NCBI GenBank assembly: GCA_963755715.1
Contig: CAVWLW010000027.1
Location: 32,001 to 96,000 of the forward strand
Length of the DNA stretch: 64,000 nucleotides
DNA from: an uncultured delta proteobacterium
GTDB taxonomy: Bacteria; Desulfobacterota; Binatia; UBA9968
Reading direction: 5' to 3'
Shown here: in pieces, positions 20,257-29,898 of the stretch
How positions within the stretch are numbered: the stretch's first letter is position 1
Layout of the letters: each line of letters starts with the position of its first letter
Notes under the pieces: model-generated
Databases searched by the model: none
The model's input: only the letters and a program-made list of their open reading frames with translations
Told to the model about the DNA's origin: nothing
Program-made: the position numbers and the translations under genes

Positions 20257-20976
20257 TTACTTTAAGTGCTGCGCGAAAAACGACTTGGTCTTTTCCCAGG
20301 CGTCTTTCGCCGACGCCTCGTGATAGCTGCCGCGCTCGTCACATATAAAGCCATGGCCCGCTTCCGGGTAGGTCTTCATCTGAAAGGCGACTTTTTTACT
20401 CGTGAGTTCGGTATTGATTTGGCCAACCTGATCCATCGGAATCAATTGATCCTTGGCGCCGAAGAACAAGTACATCGGACATTTGATCTCGCCGGTGCGC
20501 GAAAGCGGGCTCGGATTGCCCATCGTAAGACCGCCGGGATAGTAAGGCACCGCGGCTTTGATATCGTTGGCGTGATGCGCCGCCGCCAGATAAGTCAGCC
20601 GGCCGCCCATGCAAAAGCCGATCACGCCGATCGAACTCGCCTTCACGTTACTTTGCGATTTCAGATGCGCAATAGCGGCGGCGACGTCTTCCATCGCTTT
20701 GCTGTCGACCACCCGCTGCATAGTCGCGATCGCTTTCGCCATATCGGAATAAGGAATCAAGCGCTCCGATTCACGGTGAAAGATATCCGGCGCGATCGCG
20801 ACGTAACCCTCGGCGGCGATCCGCTCCGTAACTTTCTTTATGTGACTATTGACGCCAAACGCCTCCTGGATAACCACGATCCCGGGATAGGTCCCGGCAT
20901 CCTTGGGTTGCGCCACGTAAGAATCCATTTTTCCGTCCGGAGTATTGAGTTGAACCGTCGAATTCGTCACGTCCAT
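20257..20976 (-). CDS. Dienelactone hydrolase family protein
   Basis: QEAFGVN, GFCMGG, AGHGF. Confidence 0.9.
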   Translation of the reverse strand: MDVTNSTVQLNTPDGKMDSYVAQPKDAGTYPGIVVIQEAFGVNSHIKKVTERIAAEGYVAIAPDIFHRESERLIPYSDMAKAIATMQRVVDSKAMEDVAAAIAHLKSQSNVKASSIGVIGFCMGGRLTYLAAAHHANDIKAAVPYYPGGLTMGNPSPLSRTGEIKCPMYLFFGAKDQLIPMDQVGQINTELTSKKVAFQMKTYPEAGHGFICDERGSYHEASAKDAWEKTKSFFAQHLK

Positions 20977-21078
20977 AAACAGCCTCCTAGAGCTGATATT
21001 GATCACTACGGTGAAAAAATCCCTATCAGATTTCTTTTTCCCGGTCCATAGCTAACGCGGCGCAAATTGTGTTGAAAT

Positions 21079-21927
21079 CTAGAACTGCTTGCGACAAAAC
21101 TCCAACACCCGATCACACACTTTCTGTGTCGTTTGTGCCGGCGGCATGACGTTCCAAAAATCCGATTTTGGCAGAAGCTCGCGCAAGTAGTGAGCACCGG
21201 AAGTGGCATGCGACGGATCGTCGCCGGGAATAATCAGCGCCGGTGCTTTCACGCCCACGACCTCTTCCGGCTCGGCGCCGGGCGCTGTATCGCGATCGAA
21301 TAGGCTGCGCCCACTGGTGAGAACAATTCCTAAATACCGCTCTAGGTCCTGGCTGGCGAAACTTTCCGCGAAGGCATGATTGCGCGCGATCTCAGTCGCC
21401 CATGGACCGCCCTCCGAATCCATCCAGAAACTCTTGCCGCCACGCGCGCGTTCGACGACAGCCGGCAAGCCATTTTGCTTGGTGAAATTGTAATGACGCG
21501 TAAAACGCGCTCGGCTGTTTATTTTCCAGCGATAGCCGCCTACGGGCCAGTGGAGCAGCAACCCACGGGTCGCTTCCGGATAATGCACGCCAAAAGCGAG
21601 CGCCACCGAGCATCCCATGCAACCGCCCATGATCCAGGCAGATTGGATTTTTAGATGGTCAAGCAGCGCCTTGCCCTGGCGCGTGTAACTCGCCCAACTC
21701 AACCGCTCGATCCGTCCACTGGACTGGCCACACTCGCGCCGGTCATAAAGAATGATTGTATGCTCGGCTGCGAGGGCATCCACAGCATTGATGCCCGTCC
21801 ATGCGCTGGCGCTGCGCCATTTATCGATCGTCGAATCAAACCCGCCGGGCGCGCACATGAGAATCGGCACTCCCGTGCCGTGAGTTTCGTAATAGGTGTC
21901 AATTCCATCGATGACAGCATTTGGCAT
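21079..21927 (-). CDS. Alpha/beta hydrolase with Cys in the nucleophile elbow
   Basis: YYETHGTG, YDRRECGQS, MGGCMG, IIPGDDPSH. Confidence 0.8.
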   Translation of the reverse strand: MPNAVIDGIDTYYETHGTGVPILMCAPGGFDSTIDKWRSASAWTGINAVDALAAEHTIILYDRRECGQSSGRIERLSWASYTRQGKALLDHLKIQSAWIMGGCMGCSVALAFGVHYPEATRGLLLHWPVGGYRWKINSRARFTRHYNFTKQNGLPAVVERARGGKSFWMDSEGGPWATEIARNHAFAESFASQDLERYLGIVLTSGRSLFDRDTAPGAEPEEVVGVKAPALIIPGDDPSHATSGAHYLRELLPKSDFWNVMPPAQTTQKVCDRVLEFCRKQF

Positions 21928-22030
21928 CGGCTCCTCCAACGCTTCTTCTGGACTTCAAAACACGCGGCACGTAAGATCTATCACGCTGCCGGGCGCGAAG
22001 AAAAGTCGCATCGGCCGAGGAGGTTAAGTC

Positions 22031-22846
22031 GTGAGTGACAAGGAAACCGAGCAAAAGTTCAGTGAATTGCTCGAGGTGATGGCGCAACTGCGGAGCGAGA
22101 GCGGCTGCCCGTGGGACAAGGAGCAGACGCATATCTCGCTCAAGCCCTGCTTGCTCGAAGAAACCTACGAATTGCTGGATGCTTTAGACGACGGCGATCC
22201 AAAAAAATTAAAAGAGGAACTGGGCGACGTATTGCTGCAAGTCATCTTTCACTCCCAGATCGCCGCGGAAGAACGACGCTTTGCCGTGAAAGATGTTATT
22301 GCTCTGCTTACGGAAAAACTCATCCGTCGCCACCCCTACGTGTTCGCCGGCGAACCGCTGCCCGAGAATACGGCAGCGGTGTTGAAGCAACGGCTGCAGA
22401 TCAAAACAAGCGAGAGAAAAGATGGCGAATCGAAATCGGCGCTCGGCAACGTTCCCAAGGCGATGCCGGCATTGGCCCGCGCCCAAAGCATCACGCGAAG
22501 AGCCGCGCATCTGGGTTTCGATTGGCCCGACATCGAGCCGGTCTGGGGCAAAGTGGAAGAAGAGATTCGCGAACTGAAAAACGCGGTCGAATCCGGCGAC
22601 AAAGCGCGCACGGGCGAAGAGCTGGGCGATCTGCTTTTTTCCCTGGTCAATCTGGCGCGCTTCCTCGACGTCGAAGCTGAAGAAGTCTTGGCTCAAACCA
22701 TCGACCGCTTCACGCGCCGCTTTCATCACATCGAAACCAAACTGCAGAAAGCTGACAAGAGCTTTGATGAGTCCTCGCTTGAAGAGATGGATCTGATTTG
22801 GGAGGAAGCAAAAACACTCGAAGCTCAGGGGAAACTGCCGCGATGA
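22031..22846 (+). CDS. mazG: Nucleoside triphosphate pyrophosphohydrolase MazG
   Basis: GCPWDKEQT, EETYE, EELGDVLLQ, KLIRRHP, GFDW, EELGDLLF. Confidence 0.95.
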   Translation: MSDKETEQKFSELLEVMAQLRSESGCPWDKEQTHISLKPCLLEETYELLDALDDGDPKKLKEELGDVLLQVIFHSQIAAEERRFAVKDVIALLTEKLIRRHPYVFAGEPLPENTAAVLKQRLQIKTSERKDGESKSALGNVPKAMPALARAQSITRRAAHLGFDWPDIEPVWGKVEEEIRELKNAVESGDKARTGEELGDLLFSLVNLARFLDVEAEEVLAQTIDRFTRRFHHIETKLQKADKSFDESSLEEMDLIWEEAKTLEAQGKLPR

Positions 22847-23817
22847 GTCGAGCGCGACCGCGCGTCGTCTTTCTCGACGCCGCCACCTACGGCGATATCT
22901 CGCTCCGACGCTTCACCGAAACCTGGGATTGCACCGTTCATCAAGTTACCGCTCCCGGCGAAACCGCGCAACGACTGGCGGGACACATGATCGCGGTCAC
23001 CAATAAAGTTGTCATCGACAAAGCCACGCTGAATTCGGCTGAAGCGCGCGACTTGAAACTCATCGCCGTCGCCGCCACAGGCACCGACATCATCGACCGC
23101 GAGCAAGCGGCGCGACGCGACGTCAAAGTCTGCAACGTGCCCGGTTATGCGACCCAGTCGGTGGCGCAGTTTACGATGGCGTTGATGCTCGAGCTGGCGA
23201 CCCGCGCTGGTCGATATGGCGACGCGGTAAAGCTCGGGGAGTGGGAGAAGAGTGCCATTTTTTCCCTTCTCAATTATCCGACAATGGAGCTCGGCGGCAA
23301 AAAACTCGGCATCGTCGGCTACGGCAACATCGGCCAAGCCGTCGCGCAAATGGCGCGCGGCTTTGGGCTCGAGGTTTTGATTGCAGCCCGTCCCGGCGAG
23401 CGAGCCCCAGGCGGCGGCCGAATTCCGTTGGAGCAACTCCTTTCCCAAGCCGACATCGTCTCGCTCCACTGTCCGCTTACGCCGGAAACGCGCAACCTGA
23501 TCAACGAGCAGAGCCTCGCGCTGATGAAACCGACGGCGTTCTTGATCAATACCGCGCGCGGCGCGCTGGTCGATGAAGCGGCGTTAATCGAAGCGCTGCG
23601 GCAAAAACGTATCGCCGCGGCGGCCCTCGATGTCATTAGCAAAGAGCCGCCGCCGGCCGATTATCCAATTATTCAAGCGGCCAAAGAGTTAGACAACTTA
23701 ATCGTCACGCCGCACACCGCTTGGAGCGCACGCGAAGCGCGCGAGCGGCTGCTCCACGAGGTGAAAGAAAACATCGCCGCTTTTCTCGAGAACAAACCAA
23801 GAAATCTGGTAGCGTAA
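22843..23817 (+). CDS. D-2-hydroxyacid dehydrogenase (glycerate dehydrogenase-like)
   Basis: VAATGTD, GYGNIG, SLHCPLT, INTARG, TPHTAW. Confidence 0.9.
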   Translation: MSRARPRVVFLDAATYGDISLRRFTETWDCTVHQVTAPGETAQRLAGHMIAVTNKVVIDKATLNSAEARDLKLIAVAATGTDIIDREQAARRDVKVCNVPGYATQSVAQFTMALMLELATRAGRYGDAVKLGEWEKSAIFSLLNYPTMELGGKKLGIVGYGNIGQAVAQMARGFGLEVLIAARPGERAPGGGRIPLEQLLSQADIVSLHCPLTPETRNLINEQSLALMKPTAFLINTARGALVDEAALIEALRQKRIAAAALDVISKEPPPADYPIIQAAKELDNLIVTPHTAWSAREARERLLHEVKENIAAFLENKPRNLVA

Positions 23818-23920
23818 AGATCGGAACCCAAACCCTACCCGAAGTCTTAACCTCAGCGTCTACGTCGATTCCAAGCACGAACTTGCCGGCAAACTCGATA
23901 GGGTTAAACGAAAGTGTACC

Positions 23921-25303
23921 TTACGGCTTTATGTTCTGGTTTAAGTGAAAAATATTATCCGGGTCATAACGTTTCTTGGCCTGCACCAGGCGGTCATAAT
24001 TGGCTCCGTAAGCTGCGGCGACGCGGTCGCCCTCCTCCGCGGTCATAAAATTCACGTAAGCCCCTGCCGATGCATAAGGCGCACTGGCTTTAAAGAAATC
24101 GCGCGCCCAACCAATGCCTTTTTGGTCATCCTTCGCTTCGTCCCATCGCCCGTGCACGTTCAAGACGAACTTCGCATCCCGGTGACCGTAAGCCATGGCA
24201 TCCGGGGCGATCCGATTCGACGCGCCGGCAATCAGGCCGATGAAAATTTCGCACTGTGGAGATGGCAGCTTTCCGGCGAACTCGATGATGGAATCCAATG
24301 CCCCATCGGCGAGCTCCGTGAAATTATGAGACTTCCAATAGTTTCTCGCGCCGGGCGTCAGCAGCGGGTCAAAAGCCTTCTGCCACGCAACGTAAGGCTG
24401 AACGCCGAGATGCTCGCCGTGGGGCGTCCCGAATGCGCGCACGGGAGCAATGAGTTTTTCAGCTTCCGTCGCGGGGCCGGAGTAAAAGACCGGCAGCACC
24501 ACGACTTCCTTGCCGTGAACATTCTCCGGCAGAAAAGGCAATGGCGGGGCCTTGCGCAACACGACCCAGACATTGAGTTCTTCAGGAGCTGAATTTACGA
24601 ATTGACGATACTGGTTAAGGATCTGTTTGGCCTGGCTGAAAGGAAAAACGATCAAGCCGGCAAATATCTCAGGACCCACGGGAAAAAGTTGGAATTCAAA
24701 ACTGGTGACGACGCCAAAATTTCCCCCACCCCCGCGAATCGCCCAGAACAGATCCGCGTTTTCGGTTTCGCTCGCTCGTATTTTCCTCCCCTCGGCCGTG
24801 ATCAAGTCGACGGAGACGAGATTGTCGACCGTCATGCCGTATTTGCGCGTGAGCCAGCCGAAACCGCCGCCGAGGGTCAGACCGGCGATGCCGGTCGTAG
24901 AGTTGATCCCCACCGGTGTCGCTAGGCCATGCCCCAGAGTCGCTTCATCCAGGTCGGCGAGCGTCGCCCCAGGCTCGACGTAGGCGCGCCTCTTTCCGGC
25001 GTCCACCCGAACGTTTTTCATCTTCGAAAAATCGATAGTCAGGCCATCATTGCAGAGGGCGTTGCCGGCGATGTTGTGTCCGGCACCGCGAATTGAAATC
25101 TCGAGTTTGTGCCGCCGCGCCAATGCGATTGCGGGGGGAACGTCGTCAGCGTCCGCGCACTGCACGATCAGCGCGGGCCGCCGGTCGATCATGGCGTTCC
25201 AGATCTGGCGAGCGTCATCGTAGCCGGGGTCACCGGCACTGAGGACGCTTCCCTTAATCATGCCTTTAAGCTCTTTTCCCAGGTTCGACGATTGTGTTGT
25301 CAT
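23921..25303 (-). CDS. FAD-binding oxidoreductase, berberine-bridge-enzyme (VAO/PCMH) family
   Basis: RGAGHNIAG, GLTLGGGFG, DLFWAIRGGGGNFGVVT, YVNF, KKRYDPDNIF. Confidence 0.92.
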   Translation of the reverse strand: MTTQSSNLGKELKGMIKGSVLSAGDPGYDDARQIWNAMIDRRPALIVQCADADDVPPAIALARRHKLEISIRGAGHNIAGNALCNDGLTIDFSKMKNVRVDAGKRRAYVEPGATLADLDEATLGHGLATPVGINSTTGIAGLTLGGGFGWLTRKYGMTVDNLVSVDLITAEGRKIRASETENADLFWAIRGGGGNFGVVTSFEFQLFPVGPEIFAGLIVFPFSQAKQILNQYRQFVNSAPEELNVWVVLRKAPPLPFLPENVHGKEVVVLPVFYSGPATEAEKLIAPVRAFGTPHGEHLGVQPYVAWQKAFDPLLTPGARNYWKSHNFTELADGALDSIIEFAGKLPSPQCEIFIGLIAGASNRIAPDAMAYGHRDAKFVLNVHGRWDEAKDDQKGIGWARDFFKASAPYASAGAYVNFMTAEEGDRVAAAYGANYDRLVQAKKRYDPDNIFHLNQNIKP

Positions 25304-25333
25304 AATATGGATCTCCTTGTTCTATTTAGCTCG

Positions 25334-26245
25334 TTAGCAAAACGCCGGCGCCATCTGTTCGATCTGCACTCGCGCCTCCGGCTTGATGCTTTGTACGGTA
25401 TCCAAAAAATTGGGATGAGTCATCCCCGTGCCCAGATAAGTCCAACGCATGCCCTTGAGCACCGCCTGGCTCATTTGTTCGCGCTCGCTCCTCGAAAGTT
25501 TTTTTCCGCTCGCTTGCATAAAGCTCTCGACATCGAACTCCGTCTGCCGCTGGATCCCCTGGTCCAGAAACGCACCGATCTCACCGTATTCCTTGAAAGC
25601 TAATTCGATCTCACTCTCTGAGGCGTTTGCCGCCAGCTCCTCGACGACTAACGTGTCGAGCTTCGTGTGCTGGGACTCCTCCAGCCAATGGTGCTTGAGC
25701 ATACTCTTGAACTGCGGATCGAGTTCCTGATTGTCTTTCACGGCCTCGATGTAGTGGCGCAGGGTCATCCATTCGATATGCAGGATCGCGATGCCGACAC
25801 CGAGCGGGCCGTGGGATAGAACGAACTTTCTCACGTCTTCAGCCGGACCGATGAACTCGCACTTGCTGCCGAAGCCGGCTTCGAACTCGCGGCGAAAACT
25901 CTTGAACAGATGAATGTGCTTGGCTTCTTCACCGGCGAACTGAAGCAGCGCCCGTACTCGATAATCGTCGCCGGAAAGCTGCGGGCGGGCGTGGTCGACG
26001 ACGTAAGGCAGGATGAATTCTTCCACCAAGCCGAACATAGCGAGATACTCATGGCCGCGAATCTGATTCAGCGTCCGCTGTTCTTCTAGGGAAAGAAAAG
26101 ACAGCTTCCTTACCTGCGCCAAAGATTCCGGCATGAACGGCTTGGAAAAATCCAACCGCTTGTCCCCGCCGATAATATCTTCGACACGCCAGCCGATCCG
26201 CTCCGATGCCTCAAGCGCGCCCTGATAGCTGTAATTGTTTTTCAT
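25334..26245 (-). CDS. Ferritin-like diiron oxygenase (AurF-like)
   Basis: VEEF, GEEAKH, HIEW, HHWLEESQH ExxH ligands. Confidence 0.7.
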   Translation of the reverse strand: MKNNYSYQGALEASERIGWRVEDIIGGDKRLDFSKPFMPESLAQVRKLSFLSLEEQRTLNQIRGHEYLAMFGLVEEFILPYVVDHARPQLSGDDYRVRALLQFAGEEAKHIHLFKSFRREFEAGFGSKCEFIGPAEDVRKFVLSHGPLGVGIAILHIEWMTLRHYIEAVKDNQELDPQFKSMLKHHWLEESQHTKLDTLVVEELAANASESEIELAFKEYGEIGAFLDQGIQRQTEFDVESFMQASGKKLSRSEREQMSQAVLKGMRWTYLGTGMTHPNFLDTVQSIKPEARVQIEQMAPAFC

Positions 26246-26302
26246 GATCAGCCTCCTCTCGATTTCTTTTTGCATCTCTCGATGTGCCCGCCGAAACCAA
26301 AT

Positions 26303-26318
26303 AGCGCGAAACGTGCCA
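26303..26318 (-). promoter_or_regulatory. Sigma-54 -24/-12 promoter
   Basis: TGGCACGTTTCGCGCT upstream of the diiron gene. Confidence 0.7.
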
Positions 26319-26386
26319 ACGCAGATCTTTTGGCAAACAGACGCGAAATCAGCGACTTAGGAAATCGCGCAGAGCATGGCGCTCGC

Positions 26387-26437
26387 GCGAGATTTCGTTG
26401 CTTACGAGATCTCGTCGGAGGCGAAGCGAATTTTCGT
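26387..26437. promoter_or_regulatory. Three palindromic activator (UAS) sites
   Basis: GCGAGATTTCGT, ACGAGATCTCGT, GCGAATTTTCGT, 70-120 bp upstream of the sigma-54 promoter. Confidence 0.55.
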
Positions 26438-26453
26438 GAGAGGAAATCTAAAA

Positions 26454-28379
26454 CTAGCGCTTGCGTTCGATGCCGAGCGCCTTCATGCGCGAGCTAAGCG
26501 TGGTGGGTTTGACGCCAAGAAGCTGCGCCGCGCCGTTTTCGCCGGCGACTTTCCATTCGGTGGATTTCAGAGCGGCGATGATATTGTTGCGCTCCAGCTC
26601 TTCGAGTTCTTTGGCCGTACGCACTCGCTGAACGGTCGAGCTGTCGTTAGTAACCGCCGCAGCCACCGCGTTCACGCTTTCGGGCAGAGCGCGGTCGAGA
26701 TTGAGCCGGCCGTCGCGCGACGTAATCACGGCGCGCTCGACGATGTTTTGCAGCTCGCGCACGTTGCCCGGCCAGCGATAGGCCTCGAGACGGCGCACGC
26801 AATCGTCTGACAGCGGTTCGATCGAGCGCCCCATGCGCTGGGCGAATTTTTTGGCAAAAGCGGCCGCCAGCGGACCCACATCGCCGCGCCGCTCACGCAA
26901 CGGCGGCACCTGAATCGGAAACACGTTCAAACGGTAATATAGATCTTCGCGAAACTTGCCGGCGCGCGCGGCGCTCTCGATGTCGCGGTTGGTCGCCGCC
27001 AGCACGCGCACATCGACCTTGCGTGTCTGCGAGCTGCCCACCGGCTCGAACTCGCCTTCCTGCAGGACGCGCAGCAGCTTCGATTGTAAATCGAGCGGCA
27101 GCTCGCCGACTTCGTCGAGAAAAATCGTGCCGCCATGCGCCAAAGCGAAGCGTCCCTCGCGCTTTTTAGTCGCGCCGGTAAAAGCGCCCTGTTCGTGACC
27201 AAACAATTCGCTCTCGATCAGCGTCGCGGGCATTGTCGCACAGTTGACTTTGATCAGCGGTCTATCGCGCCGCCGGCTGCTGCGATGAATAGCGTGAGCG
27301 ATGAGCTCCTTGCCCGTGCCGGTCTCGCCGAGGATCAGCACTGTGGCGTCGGTAACCGCCACTTCCTTCACGTCGGCGAGAACCTTGCGCAGCGCCTCGC
27401 TGCCGCCGATGATCTCATCGGCGCCGACCAAAGAACTGATCTCCTCGCGCAAGTATTCGGTTTCGACCGTCAGCGAGCGAATTTTTTGCTCGGCCTCCAG
27501 CCGCTCATTCACATTTCTAAGTATGAGGGTGTAGAAAGGCTCGCGTTCGAGATCGAAACGCGACAGCGTCGCTTCCGTTTGAAAACTGCCGCCGTGATCG
27601 TTGGTCGCCGCGAGACCACCGGGAATCCAAAGATACCGCTGTCCGTCGGGCCGCGTGTCTAGGTCGATGATCAAGCGCGCCAGCTTTTCGCGCGAGTCGG
27701 CTGTCAAAAAATGAGTAAAGGTCCGGCCGGCGGCCTCGGCGGCGGCGCAGCCGAAGACTTTTTCCGCCGCCGGATTCATTTGCGTCACTTGCAGATGTTG
27801 GTCGACCTCGATGATGGCGTCCATCGCGCTGCCGACGAGCCGCCCGAGTTTCTGCTCGCGCTCGCGCACCTGCGCTTCGACGCGCAGCCGGCGCAACTCG
27901 GCCGCCGCCCGTGCGGCGAAAATCTGAAACAGCACCTGGGCGCGCGGCTCAGGGGGCATCGGCCGCATATCGAGGACCGCCAGATGACCGAGGATAGCGC
28001 CATTGAGATCGAGCAGCGGCATGCCCATATAGCTCGCCGCGCCCACGGCTTGAACGTCGGGATCGTTGCCGTAGATCTCGACCAGATTGTCGGGAATATG
28101 AATCAGGCAGCGCTCGTCGATCACTCGCTCGCAGGGAGTTCCGTCCACCACCATCTCCCAACCTTCGAGCCATTGTTCACCCATCCAGAAGGCCAGCGCC
28201 TTCAGCCGGCGCGACTCGGGAAAGTATTCCGTGACCCAGGCGCCGTGGGTATTGAGCGCCGCCGCGAGCTTTTTTACCAAAGCCTTGAAAAACTGCTCGC
28301 CGGTCTCTGTAGCGGTGCCCTCCAAGATAGTTCGGAGCGCAGCGTCGACATCAATATCTTGCAGGGGTGGACGATCCAT
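26454..28379 (-). CDS. GAF-PAS sigma-54 activator (FhlA-like)
   Basis: GAF, PAS, GETGTGKE, ESELFGHEQGAFTGA, WPGNVREL, GAAQLLGVKPTTL. Confidence 0.9.
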   Translation of the reverse strand: MDRPPLQDIDVDAALRTILEGTATETGEQFFKALVKKLAAALNTHGAWVTEYFPESRRLKALAFWMGEQWLEGWEMVVDGTPCERVIDERCLIHIPDNLVEIYGNDPDVQAVGAASYMGMPLLDLNGAILGHLAVLDMRPMPPEPRAQVLFQIFAARAAAELRRLRVEAQVREREQKLGRLVGSAMDAIIEVDQHLQVTQMNPAAEKVFGCAAAEAAGRTFTHFLTADSREKLARLIIDLDTRPDGQRYLWIPGGLAATNDHGGSFQTEATLSRFDLEREPFYTLILRNVNERLEAEQKIRSLTVETEYLREEISSLVGADEIIGGSEALRKVLADVKEVAVTDATVLILGETGTGKELIAHAIHRSSRRRDRPLIKVNCATMPATLIESELFGHEQGAFTGATKKREGRFALAHGGTIFLDEVGELPLDLQSKLLRVLQEGEFEPVGSSQTRKVDVRVLAATNRDIESAARAGKFREDLYYRLNVFPIQVPPLRERRGDVGPLAAAFAKKFAQRMGRSIEPLSDDCVRRLEAYRWPGNVRELQNIVERAVITSRDGRLNLDRALPESVNAVAAAVTNDSSTVQRVRTAKELEELERNNIIAALKSTEWKVAGENGAAQLLGVKPTTLSSRMKALGIERKR

Positions 28380-28491
28380 TCGTCGGCCATCCTAAGGGCG
28401 TCAGTTCGGCACTTGGCTACTGATGGTCAGAGAAGCGGGTTGGTGTTCATCGGTCTGCAACTGCGGCGCGAACAATGCGGCAGGCAGGCGC

Positions 28492-28917
28492 TTAAAACGG
28501 AATATCGTCGTCTATCGGCGGTTGGCTGCCGCCCATGCCCATCTCGTCCCCCGGGGCTGCGTCGGTCTGCTGCGGCAACCGGGTGCCACCGCCGCCACCA
28601 AGAAATTGGATCCGCTGTGCGACGATCTCGGTAATGTAGCGTTTGTTGCCGCTCTTGTCGTCGTAGGAACGCGTGCGAATGCTTCCTTCAACGTAGACTT
28701 GCCGCCCTTTCGACAAGTACTGACCGCAGCTCTCGGCTTGCTTACCCCAGACGACGATGTTGTGCCATTCGGTTCTTTCCTGGCGTTTACCATCGCGGTC
28801 GTTCCACTGTTCCGATGTGGCGATGGAAAAATTGGCCACCGCGCTACCCGTCTGGGTATAGCGAACATCGGGATCTTTACCGAGATTGCCGACCAAAATG
28901 ACTTTATTAACCGACAT
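28492..28917 (-). CDS. ssb: Single-stranded DNA-binding protein
   Basis: [19 protein letters not shown]-terminal DDDIPF. Confidence 0.97.
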   Translation of the reverse strand: MSVNKVILVGNLGKDPDVRYTQTGSAVANFSIATSEQWNDRDGKRQERTEWHNIVVWGKQAESCGQYLSKGRQVYVEGSIRTRSYDDKSGNKRYITEIVAQRIQFLGGGGGTRLPQQTDAAPGDEMGMGGSQPPIDDDIPF

Positions 28918-29108
28918 GTCATTCTCCAAGCTGCCAGAGCGCAAATTTCCGGCGCGAAAGGTGCAGCCAACTTAGCGCCGGCTTGGCGCGGAGTCAATCC
29001 TAGAATTGCCGCCCGAAGCGATCGCCGCATTGATTTTTGCGCCACCAGGATTTACTATTGTCCAGCTTATTTCCCACACTTGCGCGAAGCAAATTTAGAA
29101 AAGCCTTG

Positions 29109-29891
29109 ATGGTTTATATCCTCCTACTGGCGCTTTTCATTGCGGTCACGATTCCTCTGGCGCTGTTGACGATCCTGTTCGGCTTTTTTGACCGGTATGG
29201 CAAACGGGTCTATCGGATCAATCAATTCTGGGCGTGGCTCCTATTGCGCATGGGAGGGATTTCGCTCAACGTCGAGGGGCAGGAAAACATCGACACCGAC
29301 CAACAATACATTTTCATGGTCAATCACCAAAGCAACGTTGACATCCCTGTGATCGTTCAAAGCCTGGCCCGGTTTCAACTGCGCTGGATCGCCAAAAAGG
29401 AACTTTTGTGGGTGCCGTTCTTTGGTTGGGCCATGTGGGCGACAAAACATATCACGATCGACCGATCCGACCCCCAGAGTGCGGTGAGGAGTTTGGAGCG
29501 GGCTAAGGAAAAAATCGCCGCCGGCATTTCCGTCGTCCTTTTTCCCGAAGGAACCCGCAGCACTAACGGCAAGCTGCTCCGCTTCAAAAAGGGCGGCTTT
29601 ATGCTCGCCGTTCAGGCGAATACCAAGATCGTGCCGGTCACGATCAACGGTAGCCGCAATCTCTTGCCCTCCGGCGCCTGGAGATTGTGCTCCGGATCGA
29701 TCGAAGTTTTTGTTGACAAACCCATCGCAGTCGACGGCTACCGCGCCGGCAATCTGAGACTGCTCTCGGACCGAGTAAGGGAAACCATCGCCGCCCATTT
29801 GCGCGAACCCGCCTCATCCGAATCGAACAGGACTGTCGAAGGCGGCAACCGCGCGATCGCGAATCGCGCTTTGGATAAACAGAGAGTTTAG
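29109..29891 (+). CDS. plsC: 1-acyl-sn-glycerol-3-phosphate acyltransferase
   Basis: NHQSNVD, AKKEL, FPEGTRS, FKKG. Confidence 0.88.
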   Translation: MVYILLLALFIAVTIPLALLTILFGFFDRYGKRVYRINQFWAWLLLRMGGISLNVEGQENIDTDQQYIFMVNHQSNVDIPVIVQSLARFQLRWIAKKELLWVPFFGWAMWATKHITIDRSDPQSAVRSLERAKEKIAAGISVVLFPEGTRSTNGKLLRFKKGGFMLAVQANTKIVPVTINGSRNLLPSGAWRLCSGSIEVFVDKPIAVDGYRAGNLRLLSDRVRETIAAHLREPASSESNRTVEGGNRAIANRALDKQRV

Positions 29892-29898
29892 AATCACT

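Noticed and set aside
22031-22846. MazG as an anti-phage or toxin-antitoxin component
   Set aside because: Canonical two-domain housekeeping MazG with no mazEF or defence neighbours
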